Assembly (NCBI RefSeq): GCF_020745735.1
Contig: NC_083409.1
Location: forward strand, 19,550,341-19,614,340
Origin: Hemiscyllium ocellatum
Taxonomy: Eukaryota
Direction: 5' to 3'
Length of the DNA stretch: 64,000 nucleotides
Position numbers and translations under genes: made by a program. Position 1 is the stretch's first letter. Each line of letters opens with the position of its first letter. This document shows positions 1-12,504 of this stretch, in pieces. The notes beneath the pieces were generated by a model. That model saw only the letters and a program-made list of their open reading frames with translations. It had not been told where the DNA came from and ran no database searches.

Positions 1-310
1 CATGGAGGGAAAAATGTTTTCACTTGTGAGGCTGACCTGAACAGGAAGTTCACATTAATGAATCGAATCAGAAATTCAAAACAAGATATTCTTCCCTGAG
101 AAGAATGACAACATGGAACTTGCTTATGCCAGGAATGCTTCAGTTGAATGGCTCGAATATGTTTAAGGGGACATTAGATATGTACCTCAGGGAGAAATAT
201 ACAGAAGGATGCACAGACGGGATGAGAGAAAGTGGGAGCAGAGTTGCACAGAGACTAAATAACTGCACTAGTCTGTTGGGCCAAAAGGCACACTTCCCTG
301 CTGTAAAGTA
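1..310 (+). mobile_element. Decayed CR1-clade LINE 3' fragment
   Basis: Resembles the CR1 ORF2 C-terminus and 3' UTR seen repeatedly in this window (TWNLL...MFKGTLDMYLREK-like ORF 105-362). Confidence 0.5.
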
Positions 311-445
311 TCTGTACATGTTCTGGTCTCTTTCACTCAAGAACCATTTAATCACCAACTAATTTGGACCAAAGGGGTATGAAAGAGAAATACAAGAGAC
401 ATCCCTTCATAAGATTACACAATTAACATCCATTACTGAAAGTAC

Positions 446-591
446 CTCTGCAGAGAGCAGGGTTTAATCTTCAGCTTCTCAGTATTAGTGGAGTACAGAG
501 TTTTAATTTGCGGTTTGGTTGAGCTTGAGCTGCCAACATCACAATCTTTACTGGGCTCAGCTTCGGTCTTCGTCATAAACCCATCATAGGA
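446..591 (-). pseudogene. CEP350: CEP350-like exon SYDGFMTKTEAEPSKD...TKPQIKTLYSTNTEKLKIKPCSLQR
   Basis: Acceptor tttctttcAG and donor AG|GTactt, 146 nt. Matches recalled human CEP350 SYDEFIKKTEAELSQD...AKPQIKTLSSASEKPKIKPLTPLHR. Confidence 0.8.
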
Positions 592-955
592 CTGAAAGAA
601 ACATGGGGAGAAAGGGAAATCAAACACTGGGATTTAAAGAAGTACACATGACACAACTTTGCCAACTGCACTGAATTCAATGTACTTCTGAATTTTTAAT
701 TAAGTTTTCTGGCAACTAAGGAATAGCAGGTCTTGATTTTTAGCAAACTACTCCAGTGAGGACCCAAGTTTTCAATTCAATCAGAAAGTTGAAGCATTTT
801 CTGGATGAGTGCAGCAGAGCCAGACAGGTAAGCCAAAAACAGATAAAGCATTTGCCATTTGAAATAATAGAAAATTCAGATGTAGGATGCAGTGTTCATA
901 ATCGTGATGTAATGGTACAATATAATATGAACAGTTGCTAAACTGCAGCACTTAC

Positions 956-1077
956 CAAAATATTGTCCACCCAATCACGTTTTCTCCTGTCAAATGTCTT
1001 CATCTTCTGCAGTCTGTCTTCTGATATTGCTCCTGGTTGAATCCAAACAACTTCCTAACCTCATTAGAAATGAAGAT
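956..1077 (-). pseudogene. CEP350: CEP350-like penultimate (C-terminal) exon, frameshifted
   Basis: Reads IFISNEVRKLFGFNQEQYQKTD[TG-]QKMKTFDRRKRDWVDNIL then GTAAGT. Restoring 1 nt at ~1010 gives 41 codons, matching recalled human SFIASEVLKLFSLKKEPNHKTDWQKMMKFGRKKRDRVDHIL. The acceptor reads ccccAA instead of AG. Confidence 0.8.
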
Positions 1078-1122
1078 TTGGGGATAGAAGCACAGGAGAA
1101 ATGGCAACTAATGCACATAGGA

Positions 1123-1328
1123 GAAAGTGAGGACTGCAGATGCTGGAGATCAGAGCTGACAATGTGTTGCTGGAAAAGCACGGGAAGTCAGGCAGCATCC
1201 AAGGAGCAGGAGAGGCGCGACATTTCGGGCATGATTCCTGAAGAAGGGCTCATGCCCGAAATGTCGACTCTCCTGCTCCTTGGATGTTGCCTGACCTGCT
1301 GCGCTTTTCCAGCAACACATTTTCAACT
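1123..1328. mobile_element. Palindromic Penelope-derived short repeat with minimal hammerhead core
   Basis: Long inverted arms (cgacatttcgggcatga / tcatgcccgaaatgtcg). Core CTGAAGA-A-GGGC-TCAT-GCCC-GAAA-TGTC at 1238-1264. Confidence 0.7.
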
Positions 1329-3054
1329 AATGCATACACCCTAAATACACAGACAAAACAACCTCCAATCCATTATCCTTCCCATAAACTGCTCAATGAA
1401 GACTTTGATGCGTGGACCTGCTGATTCTTTTCCCATTCTGAATGATGTAAAATTGGATGAAACTCAAAGCATGTTCCATTAAACAAAAATCACTAAATGC
1501 TTTAAAACTTAATTATAATTGAAGTGAATAACATCAGTGAGATCCGAAAGCATATACAAAACAACTTTAAGGTAGCATGCAATACTCCCAGATTGTGAGA
1601 AGGTTTGACATTTTCCCTTGCCTAAGACCGAGACGGAGAAATGAGTAATTATTCACTTATCAATTCACCGCATTACATGGTTCAGCACTTTGCCAACAAG
1701 TGCTGGCCTCTGCTCTGTCAAATTCCAAAAATGTTCTGCCTTTAATAGACTGTAGGCAGACAACTGAAGATCAGCACTGTGGGAGGTCTCACAATAATCA
1801 TTGGGGTTGACGTGGATTCATACAGTGGACCCAGCATTTCAGGATGGTCAAATCGTTCTCAGTTTAACAGGTGAGTTCATCAAAGCTATATGATCTAACT
1901 AATGACCACTGCCTCACATGGCTCCAGACAGGAAGTGTTTGAAAGGTATCTTGGCTAACACCGTCAAAGGCAAGTAACACGCCTGGAAATGTTGGTGTGG
2001 GAAATAGTACAGTTCAGACTGAAGACATATTAGAGTCGAGTTAAAAAGACCAAACAAAGGAAATGAACAGTCTCAAATTTGCTCTGTGGATGAAAAGCTG
2101 ATTTACACATGCCCATTCTCAGTCCCTGGCAAAGTGCAACGCTTCACAAACTGTGCACAAAGTGAAGTCAGGCTAGACAATGAGCAGCTTGATGTTGACT
2201 TTAGACCGTGGTAAAAAGTTCACATTGCAGTGTTGCAAGTCTGAGTTACTGGGAGGAGTCATCCAGTGTACACTTCAATGTCAGTGCCATAGTAAAATAG
2301 AAGTTGCATTGTTGGAATTGTAAAGAACTTGGTCTTCGTGCTGGACAATACTTTGTAACCAATGCTCAAGTCACCCACCTTAACCTCAAATTGCCAAAAA
2401 ACTTGCAATATATATGTAACTTTTCACACTTGTAGCATGTTGCTCCCAACCTTTGAAGTATAGCCACTAATTATAATATCGTCAAAAACTGCAACAAACT
2501 TTCACACAGCAAGTTCCCACAAAACGTTCAGCCATACTGACTCATGTAGTAGACTGACCAGGACCATGAGGGAGAACTCCACTCCTCTTCAAAGTAGCTC
2601 TAAAAATCTTTTTTAAAAAAACTCACCCAAGGAGGAAGAAGGGGCCTCACTTTGAAAACAATACTTCAGCACTGCACTGTACTGCTGCTGAGATATAAAG
2701 GGTGTGGACCAGGGGGCTGGAGTGGCAAAGGGACACAGTTGGAGAGTCAGAAACAGGAAAACCTGCTTGAGTTGACTTTTCTTTGTTGAATACTTCAGTG
2801 GTACGCAATGTTTTCTCCAATTTAGTCAGATGTAACATGACCGAAGTTACAGACCAATGAAATCAAACTTGCACAGGCATTCAGCTCTTACTGTTTCAAT
2901 TTAAGAGATTCCAAAGGAAACTGACAGAACGGGATGTTAACAGACAATCTACCACACCGATGCTGACTTAACTCTGGGCTGTCGGCCTCAATTACAGTGA
3001 CAAAACAGCAATAAGCAAAACTAGAGGGAAAATCTCCTGTGACAGAACTCATAT

Positions 3055-3345
3055 CATCATCCCACCACGCAAGATGGTGGAACTTGAATTCAATAAAATA
3101 TAAAAAACTGGAATTACAAATCTAATGATAACCATGAATCCATTGTCAATTGTCAGAAAAAACCCATCTGGTTCACTCACGTTCTTTAGGGAAGAGAAGT
3201 GCCATCTTTGCCTGGTCTGGTCTCCTTGTGACTCCAGACCCACAGCAATGTGGTTGACTCTTAACTGTTCTATGGACAATCATGGATGGGCAATAAATAC
3301 TGGCCACCCAGCAATGCCCACATCCAACAAGTGAATTAAAACAAA
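3055..3345 (+). mobile_element. LINE/SINE 3'-end repeat (shark CR1-like family)
   Basis: Similar sequence recurs in the opposite orientation at ~48380-48760. Confidence 0.5.
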
Positions 3346-3552
3346 ATTCCCTTAACTTATTAAGGCCATTTCAGGTGCTATTTTCACTTTCACACAAGAC
3401 AAAGTCTCAAGAATCACCATCCCTCGGTGTTGTGCTATACTCTCAGCCATGTAACATATTTTTTTAAAACTGCACATCGTGTTTGAGTTTCGAAGCACAT
3501 CAAATAATTTGAAGAGCCTCTGTGAATCTTGGTCATGTTTGAAATTTCCTAC

Positions 3553-3700
3553 CTGACTGTGTCTCAGAAACAGTTTCATCAGACCAGCTGCCAGATGCTT
3601 GGCGGGATTTTAGAATAGGTCTGTCATGCACATGGACGCTGGAGCTGATTTTCTGGCCATCTTGCTTCGATGTACTCTCAGTCACTTTTGAGGAAGGAGA
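3553..3700 (-). pseudogene. CEP350: CEP350-like exon SPSSK...SGSWSDETVSETQS
   Basis: tttttcAG acceptor and G|GTagga donor, 49 codons + 1 nt. Matches recalled HSLPK...YSWSDESLSMTQS. Confidence 0.75.
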
Positions 3701-3817
3701 CTGAAAAACCAGAGGAGAAAGCAAACATTAATTCCAGTCCGACATTATTTTCCAAGTTTATGAAAAAGGAAGAAGGTGGGATAAGCCAGGAGATTGATTG
3801 CCAGCCTACCTCTGGGT

Positions 3818-4005
3818 GTCATGGTGGCTCAGTGGTTAGCACTGCTACCTCTGAGCACTATGTATTTGGGTTCACATTCCTCTCTTGAGCAATTCTGTGT
3901 GTGTGGAGTGAGTACATTTTCCTTGTGTCTGCATGGGTTTCCTCGAGGTTTCCTCTAGCTCCAGTTTCCTCCCACAGTCCAAAGATGTGCAGTTAGATGG
4001 ATTAG
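3818..4005 (+). mobile_element. Degraded HE1/V-SINE
   Basis: tRNA-like head ggtggctcagtggttagcactgct and V-domain gtttcctcccacagtccaaagatgtgc. Confidence 0.65.
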
Positions 4006-5071
4006 TGACACCACCACTAGGCCAGCTAGAATTATTGGAAGATTGAACAATCTCTCTTCCTAAGTTCTAGAATTCTATTTGCTCCATAATTAAAAGCACA
4101 GCTTTTACAAATCACCATCCTTCATAGCACCAGGCCTGTTCCCACTCAAATTACAATTGCTGCTGGTACGTTTAATCTAAAATTAAAAAATACCCTGCCA
4201 CACACGCACCCGCCAACACAATTCTACCGGTCATCTTTAAACCATTCCTGCTTCTTCTCAAACCTCCTCACAGCTTCCTTAACTTTTCCAAAACACTCAT
4301 AAATCTTCTTATTTTACAATATTCTGATTTTCAACACCACACGCTCTTGGCACATAATCAAATTATTAAATGAACACCGAAAACAAAAGTGCCCCCAGAA
4401 GCAAACCCAGAAACTGCGACTTTCGTGAACCACTCTGGAACTTCCCCAAGTCCTTTTCTATATTTCCACCCTTTTATCTATTTAAATCCCATTTGTTATC
4501 CCTGCCTTAATTCCTTGCCAATTAATCTCATGTATGACGCGTCGTCAAATGTTTTTCTTTAAAAAGTGCATGTACCCACCCATCATACCTCCACATCTGA
4601 AAGTTGAGGCTTTTTTAAGCACAGTCATCACTTTTGAAATCTGCTCTGATGCTTTATTTCACAGTTACCTGTTTTATCTTTAAAAATTTGCATTTATAAC
4701 AAATCTTTCATACGATAAAACAAATCAAGTAACTTCACAGAAATAGAATAAAACATGATACTGAGCCTCACAGAGATCCAAGGGCAGATGTGAAATCTGT
4801 CATACAGTTCGAGTGTCTTGAAGGAGGAAAGTGACATAGACAGAAGTAAAGTTCAGGGAGGGGATTAGAGAGGTCACTGTCTTAGTAACTGAAGGCTTTT
4901 CCATTAATGGAGCAATTAAAATTGAAATTCTCAAAGATTTCATTAAGGGAATAATTAAATTAATTTAAATGGTGCAAAGACTGGTTCTAGTCTTATCCTT
5001 CGCCAACTGGCTTTCTGGAATAGAACAAGTAGTATAGTACAATCGTCAAGTCTGGAAGTAAGACAGACATT

Positions 5072-5399
5072 GTGGGCGGCACGGTGGCACAGTGGTTAGC
5101 ACTGCTGCCTCACAGCGCCTGAGACCCGGGTTCAATTCCCGACTCAGGCGACTGACTGTGTGGAGTTTGCACGTTCTCCCCGTGTCTGCGTGGGTTTCCT
5201 CCGGGTGCTCCGGTTTCCTCCCACAGTCCAAAGATGTGCGGGTCAGGTGAATTGGCCATGCTAAATTGCCCGTAGTGTTAGGTAAGGGGTAAATGTTGGG
5301 GAATGAGTGGGTTGCGCTTCGGCGGGTTGGTGTGGACTAGTTGGGCTGAAGGGCCTGCTTCCACACTGTAAGTAATCTAATCTAATCTAAGTAATCTAA
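5072..5399 (+). mobile_element. Full-length HE1-type V-SINE with (TAATC)n tail
   Basis: A/B boxes in the tRNA-derived head, V-domain and CR1-like tail. Nearly identical to copies at 31281 and 55683. Confidence 0.9.
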
Positions 5400-5512
5400 A
5401 GAAAACATTGACGAGGCTCCTGCAGTGGAAGAATGGAGGTAGGACAGAGACAGATAATCGGAGATTCCATAAAGTGTCAAAGCAAGCCATTTGGCCTTTT
5501 AAGTCCATATAA

Positions 5513-5757
5513 CCCCCTGAGGACCAGAGCCCCATCTCATTCCCCCCTCAGAATTCCCATTCTCTGCCATTCCCATTTCAAATTCCCTCTCAGAATTTCC
5601 ATTTCATCCCACTCCCATGTTTCCCAACCCCACTCAGAATTCCCATTCCCCCCCACACTTATATTTTCCATTCATTCTCAGAACTCCCATTCCCTCAGAT
5701 CTCCCATTCCCTCTCCCCACACTGTTTCCCATTCTCTCCACTTCCAGTTTCCCTGGG
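5513..5757. repeat. Degenerate C/T-rich minisatellite (ctcagaattcccattc-like unit)
   Basis: Repeated cagaattcccatt / cccattccc motifs seen directly. Confidence 0.7.
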
Positions 5758-5864
5758 ACTGATTTTGAGCGAACCAAGGATTTTCCATTCTCTGCAGCCT
5801 TAAATGACATTCTTTACTCATTAGGAACATATTTTATAGCAAAAAAATGCAAAACATCTTTTAC

Positions 5865-6067
5865 CATTTTACTGTGTGTTGTGACAAAATCCTGGGAATA
5901 AACACCATCTGTGAAAATAGGATGGTCAGGACTGGTGGTCATCCGAAGGGCTGCTGATGGTGATTCCAGTGTCTGAGCAGGTGAACATCTAACTTCCTCA
6001 GGAACTGAACTGTCCCTGTGGGGCTGGGAGCAAGGTGGCACAGGACATTCTTCCTCACTGCCTGTGT
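5865..6067 (-). pseudogene. CEP350: CEP350-like exon TGSEEECPVPP...SPDHPIFTDGVYSQDFVTTHSKM
   Basis: ttttctgtAG acceptor and ATG|GTaaaa donor. Similar to recalled ASEEESPVPL...GSPDHSILTEEMICSQE, and phases fit the neighbouring exons. Confidence 0.7.
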
Positions 6068-6913
6068 CTACAGAAAATAACAATACTTAGAACATTTATA
6101 CAGCAATGGATTAACAGTGCTTAAAGTGAGATGCACAATTCAGTATGACTGTCTTACAACTTCATCCTCCTTTCAATATATTCTTTACTTCAGATGCATG
6201 TAACAGTATCATAAGGGGAGTAGGTTAGAAACAATTAACCAGAGAAAGTTAAGTATGCACAGGTCACAGATGAAAAGCACTTTGAGCTAATTCAGATTCT
6301 ATCAGACATAGATGCTGATCGTCAAAATACTCCGATACAACATTCTGTGCAGTCCCGTTGTTACAGTTTCATGCTGCTGTTAATGGTGAAGAATGAAGTT
6401 AATCATCAATATTGCAAAGAAAATTAGATTTTTCCATGTAAACAAAGTGGCCACATAGTCTTCTGTAAACAACATCCAAGCTCTCACACTGATTACAACT
6501 TTTGCTGCTTCTCAACTCTGCAAGTGATACGCAACGACCAGCAGTGAAAGGAATTAAAATCTGAAACTTCAGCCTCCCACGAGAGGGTGAGTGGGAAACT
6601 ACACTGGGCTATTGTGTCAAGGTCCCATTGAGAAAGATGATAATTCCAATATCTGAGCTATGCTGATTAAATGGATCACGGCAGATGCTTGGGAAATATG
6701 ATTTCCTTGAATGAATGAGACAGGCAAAATAAAAGGCCAGGTTTACACCTTGCTTCTTCTGCATTAATGCAGACTGATGACATTTACACATCAATATACC
6801 ACCTCACACGTGCCGTGACAGTCAGCGATACCAAAGTGCACTTGAAAGCAGTCAGAACTACAGTAAATGCATTACTGTCTTGAAGAGAAAACAGACAAAC
6901 AAGAAACAGAGGC

Positions 6914-7110
6914 CTTTTGATTCGGAAATCTTCTTGCTTGCCTCTCCCTTTATCATGTTTGTTTTGAGCTGCTTATCCCAAGCAGCCTGAGCCTGTTCTT
7001 CCATTTGCTGGATCACAGCTTCCTCAGCATCGAGCCGCCGCTTCCACTCCAGCAGCTCCTCCGCACGCCGTCACCGATGCAGCAGTTTCTGCTCCCGTTT
7101 AGTGAGAAAC
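6914..7110 (-). pseudogene. CEP350: CEP350-like exon FLTKREQKLLHR*RRAEELLEWKRRLDAEEAVIQQMEEQAQAAWDKQL with in-frame TGA
   Basis: Strong match to recalled FLTKREQKLMQRRQHAEELLEWKRRLDAEEAEIRQMEKQALAAWDKEL. TGA at 7071-7073 (likely CGA>TGA). The 3' boundary is uncertain (GC at 6912-6913 where GT is expected). Confidence 0.85.
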
Positions 7111-8559
7111 CTGATGGACATGCAAGCAGGACGGGGGAGAGCGAAAGAAAGTGTCAGCTAGCGCTGATATTCATTTCTAAAATTGGACATTAACCTGCAG
7201 CTCAAAATGTATAATTCTTACTTTTTAAATTCAACACTGTTTTGGTTATAGTTGCACAACACAAACAAAATTCAGGGCAATGTCTCCTTGTACAATTCAT
7301 GCATCCGAGAACATTGTAGCACTACTGCATGTAAATAGACTCAGTGCAGAAGGATTTCCTCCAAGTTTGCTGACGCAATATTAGTCAAAACCATCAACTT
7401 CAATCTGCAATGCTGCTCTTAAATAAAACTTCAGTTTAACACAGAGCTCCCCACCCCACCGCAATTGGTAACCTGGCCCGGCCAAGGGACTGGAACTGGG
7501 ACATTTGTGGACTGTGATCTCAAAGGAAGCAAGTAAATACAATTCTGATAGCCTGGTCCTCAAAGTTTCGTCAGAGGTTTGAGACAAGTCAGATGATACG
7601 CCTTCTTGCATATAGCTCAATAGCATTTCCTATTTATATTTTATGGTGTTATGCAAAATATAAGGAATTATGCGTTTTCTTTTTGCCATGGTGGGGGATT
7701 TTTATCCTAGTTTACCACAGTTGCTGTCTCTCGCTCCGAGTCAAATTACTAGGGTCTGTAATAAAACAAAGAGCTGCAGATGCTGGACATCTGAACCAAA
7801 GAAACAAAGTGCTGGAGAAACTCAGCAGGTCTGACAGAATCTGTGAAGAGAAACAAAAGTTATGTTTTATGTTCACTGACTCTTCGTCTGAACGGACAAC
7901 AGGTCACTGGACTTGAAACTCAAAACGTTTTTTTTTCACTTCACTGATGCTGCTGGACTTGAGTTTCGCCAGCACTACATTTTCCATATTGAACTTTATT
8001 TATAAAACAGATCAGAAAAATATTAATCTGTAAAAGTGAAACAAAAGCATAAACTTGAGCGTAGTTTTCACACTTGAGTGACACAAGGACACCTCAGTTT
8101 AAAAACAAGATTTAATTCAAAGGAGCATTCCATCCCAACATGAGCCAAGTTACACCAGTAATAAAGCTCACCCAGCCAATTAGACACTTCAGCACAACAT
8201 CCTGTAGTGTTGGACACAGCCACCTTTATCATAGAATGACTACGTCACAAAATTGTCAGCCTCGAGCATGTCTCTTCAAAGTAGCTGAAAACAAACTCTT
8301 AATTTTGCGAAGTTTTTTGATCATACCTATTGAACACTTAAATCTCAGAATAATCTTTGCTTTTTAAAAAATGTTTGTGGGACACATCCCACACCTTGCT
8401 AAAGGTTCGGTTAGGTCTGATCCATAGAGACAAAGGTCAAGCAAGCATCACACTTTCCATTCACTTCTACAATGGGCTAGCATCAGATTTCTTCAGGATT
8501 TAAAGAATTTTAGAAATTGTTTGTAAAATCAATGATCACATGAAAGAATTGGACAATAA

Positions 8560-9600
8560 ACGTATGCGATAAGAGTGAAGCCTGTGACAGCAGATTTTTC
8601 TTTGGAGGGCAGTGTGCCCGCTTTCCAAATTCTGGCAGCAGATTATTGGTGTACAGTCAAGGTTCTTACTGAACAGTGACAGGATTGGACAGAGTTGGCA
8701 TGGATTTAAAAGAGGGGAATCATACTTAGCAAACTACTGAAATTTTGAGGGTCTAACTTGTAGAATTGATAAGGGACAACCCGTGGGAGTTACTTTGACT
8801 TCAGAATTCTTTTGATCAGGTCCCACATAAGAAATTAGCATATAATGTGAGAGATCGGGGGGAGTGTATTTGCATGGACAGAGCGCTAGTTGGCAGACAG
8901 GAAACAAAGAGCTGGAATAAACAGGCCATTTTCTGAGTGGCAGCCAATGACCAGTGAGGTACTACAGGGATCAATGGTTCAAACCCAGTTATTCACTATA
9001 CATAAAAATGATTTAAATGAGGGAACTATTACTATTTCTAAGTTTGGGGGTGACACAAAGCTGGGTGGAAGGGTAAACTGTGAGGAGGATGCAGAGATGC
9101 TTCAAGTGTGATTTACATAAGTTGAGTGATTGGGAAAATGCATGGCAGATGAAAGATAATTGTGATAAATGTGAAGTTTTTGGTTGCAAAAACAGACAGC
9201 GAGATTATCTGAATAGGTTAGGAAAGGGAAAGTTACAACAAAGGGTGTCTTTGTTCACCAGTCACTGAGAGTAAGCATGCAGATGCAGCATGTGGTGAAG
9301 GCAAATGATATCTTGGCCTTCATGGTGGGGTAGGCCAGAACCAGTGGTCATAGTCTAAAGGATATAGGTTAGGCTGTTCAGAACAGAGAGGAGGAGAAAT
9401 TTCTTCATCCAGATAGTGTTGAACCAACAAAATTCTCTGCCACAAAATGTATTTCAGGACAAAACATTGAATATTTTCAAGGGTTAGATATAATTCTTAG
9501 GGTGAAAGAGATCAAATGGCATGGGGAGAAAGTGGGACCAGGATATGGAGTTGGATGATCAGTCATGGTCATACCGAATGACAGAAGGCTTTTCTTGTGA
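8560..9600 (+). mobile_element. Decayed CR1 LINE RT region and 3' end
   Basis: ORF 8890-9111 (...VLQGSMVQTQLFTIHKNDL...ISKFGGDTKLGG) carries CR1 RT motifs (PQGS, FADDTK-like). Confidence 0.75.
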
Positions 9601-10149
9601 ATAACAGGAAAAATATACAAATACTTCTAAAACATGTTAATTGCTTACCTGGATCACAAAACAAAAAGCTTTTTTTTTTTACAGCGCCTTTAAAGGTTTA
9701 CACAAGCATAACTGCTACAAAGTTCCAGTGGTATTTAATTCACCCTGGGAGAACGTGCTAGTTTCTATTAGCTTTCCAATATTACAACATTCACACAGCA
9801 AATATAATTCACACTTCAAATTCTGCAATATTTTTCAATAATTTCACTAATTCTGGGTGAATTTCATTCAGAAATGTAGTACAGCCTACATGTAATCTAA
9901 ACATTCACATCACATTGTATAAGACAAAGAGATCTTCAATTAAACTGGATTATCACAAAATACTATTGCATTGCTGCAAAATGACAAAACTTTTTCCTCT
10001 CTCATGATTAATTAATGAATAAATATTCAGTTAGATGCAGCGTTTTAACGAAAATACTATTTAGAACAGGTGAAGTTTATAGCACAGTGTCTGCAGATTG
10101 TGTACACAGCTGCACTGTAACCATGGGGTATATTTGTGTTACTTGCTTT

Positions 10150-10770
10150 CATTGAAGATAGTTTCAAGGAATAAGAATGGTGCCAATGAAACCAGCATTT
10201 GTTGCTCATTCCCAATTGCCCATAAGTGGTGGTATATTGCCCTCTTGAAGGTACACCCATAGTGCTGTCAGGATGTGTTCCAGGTTTAGTGATATAATTC
10301 CAATTCAAAATGTTATGCAGCTTGGAAGGGAATTGGGAGGTGGCAGCATTAGTAAGGGAGCAGTAGCTACCATTGTCTTCAGATGGCACAGATCATGGGT
10401 TTGGAAGGTACTGTCAAAACAGCCTTGGTTAGTTGCTGTAGTGCATCTCATATCTGGTACACACTGCTGCAAATGTGTGCCATTGAGGAGGAAATCAATG
10501 GGGTGGGATGTCAACCAAGTGGGCTGCTTTGCTCAGGACAATGACAAGCATTTTCCTTGTTGTTGGAGCAGTACTCATGCAAGCACATGGAGAGTATTCC
10601 ATCACACTCCCAAAAAGTGCCTCTCAGGCTTTGGTAAGTTATTCTTTGCAGAACACCCAGCTGCTGAGCTGCTCTTGCAGCCAGAGTATTTATGTGGCTG
10701 ATCCAGTTAAAATCTCAGCTAAGTTACCCTGCCATCAATACCAAGCCCTTTTCTCTTAAAATCTGAACAG
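10150..10770 (-). mobile_element. Decayed CR1-like LINE fragment
   Basis: Related to plus-strand LINE pieces at 23390-24930 and 62260-64000. Confidence 0.5.
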
Positions 10771-12394
10771 GAAGAAGATGGTTGATTACCCCATAACAGA
10801 TCCTGTACGGTAGAAATACCAACAGTCAACAAAGTAAAAAGAGGGAGATGTGATTGTCTTTTCTGTGGGAGTCTACGAAGGAGCTGCAGAAAAGTATTAA
10901 AGTAACAAACTTAATTTCGAATGCAGTATAAAAAATAAAAAAGGGAAATCAAATAGCTCTGAAGCAAGATTAAATTCAAATTCGAAATCAATACAGAATT
11001 CCTGCCACAGCTAAAATCATCCAAAATGTTCCTGAGTTTGTCCAGTTGCTACTAAATGCAGCACTGAGCCCTGAATATTATTTCTTATTGGTACTTTCAA
11101 TTTTAAACAAAGATTTGAGATCTGACAGCACTATTAAACTGACAGGCATTTTAACAAAATTAGCTGCATGTAGTTGGAGATACTCATGTCTACTCTGACG
11201 GTTACATACCAATTAAGTTTTCACATCCATAAGAATACCTCACTGTTCACCAAAGACACATTTGCCCTCTTAAAGAGGCAGTGCCAGCTGAAAATTCAAC
11301 CTTGCAACTCAAATTTCAGATTTCTTAAAGCTACATTTATCAAGGTTAGTGGGCTGCTAACTCTGCCAGACGATTTGCAAAAGTCCAACTCAACGTAAAA
11401 CAGGTCAATCTTTGTTGTACCCTGTTAGCATGAGCAGCTCAAGATTATTTGTGTAACTTCAACTTCTTGCTTTCACAGTAATGCCAATTTAAAAGCATGT
11501 TCCAGATTAATTATAAAGTCTGCAGTACATTGCCAACTAGCAGCTTGCTGCATCTATGTGAAGCCACAACAAAGCCAAAGCCATTTCTCGACACAATTCC
11601 TTTCCCTTGACCCTCGAAACAGAGCATGCTCGATCAGTGAGAAGCAGAGGTTGCAAAGTACCTGACCAGCTGGTTGAAGATGGACAGCTGGAATTTGGGA
11701 TGCATGTTGGGAAAACAGGCACTGAGAGAAGCCCAATGATGAGATGTAAAGCCAGAGAAGAAGTAGTGAGACAGGAGAGCAAAATTTACAAAAAAGGAGC
11801 AATATAAGAAAAACAAAACAGCTGAGTATCATCCCAAAATTGCTTTATCTTTAGATACTCAAGAAAACCTCACATTATGAAGGAGAAATTACAAATATTC
11901 CATCAAAACATTTGGAGCCAACTTCCCTACACCTCTACCTCAACACAACCCCTTCTGCTCGATTCATTAACTTCAAATGGCAACAGAGCTCATCAAAACC
12001 AACCCCAGCTCCATTTCTCTTTCTGACTTAGATAGTGGGACAATCTCAAGCACTGCCTTCCGAACAGTCCAACCACAGATTACAAACCCATCTGATGTTT
12101 GTTTAGTGTTGTCATTATTGCTGCCAACTACCTTCACTACCAACTCTGGCAGCTCATTCCAAACATGTGTGAAGAAGTTGCCCCTTAGGTAACTTTTAAA
12201 TTTTTCCTTTGTTACTTATCCTCTCTAGTTTTCAACTCTGAGACTGTTACACCAGGGCAATGGGTGTAAATTAAAAAAGGTAAGGGTAAGAAAAAAGCTC
12301 CCCTACTTGGCGAGCAGTAGCAGTGAGGCCATATTGATGTTTTGCTGCCCCACTCTCAGGGTCAAAACATGACAACACCTCAGGGGGGATCATT

Positions 12395-12504
12395 AGAAAC
12401 ACCATTTGCAGCAAACACACTACCTTTGAAAAACAGTTAAATGGCCTTCATATATTTATCTCTGCTCAGAGTCACTTGGTCTCTCTCTTTTTCATCCTCT
12501 CTAT
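12395..12504. repeat. Left copy of ~100-110 bp direct repeat flanking Tx1 copy 1 (putative long TSD)
   Basis: Aligns to 15305-15403 with about 13 substitutions plus two indels, by eye. Confidence 0.85.

Noticed and set aside
5072-5150. tRNA-like sequence at SINE 5' ends
   Set aside because: tRNA-derived SINE heads continuing into the V-domain, not tRNA genes.
8170-8285. Exon-like segment on the minus strand bounded by ttttcAG and GTgagc
   Set aside because: Stops in all three frames and no resemblance to CEP350 that I could recognise.
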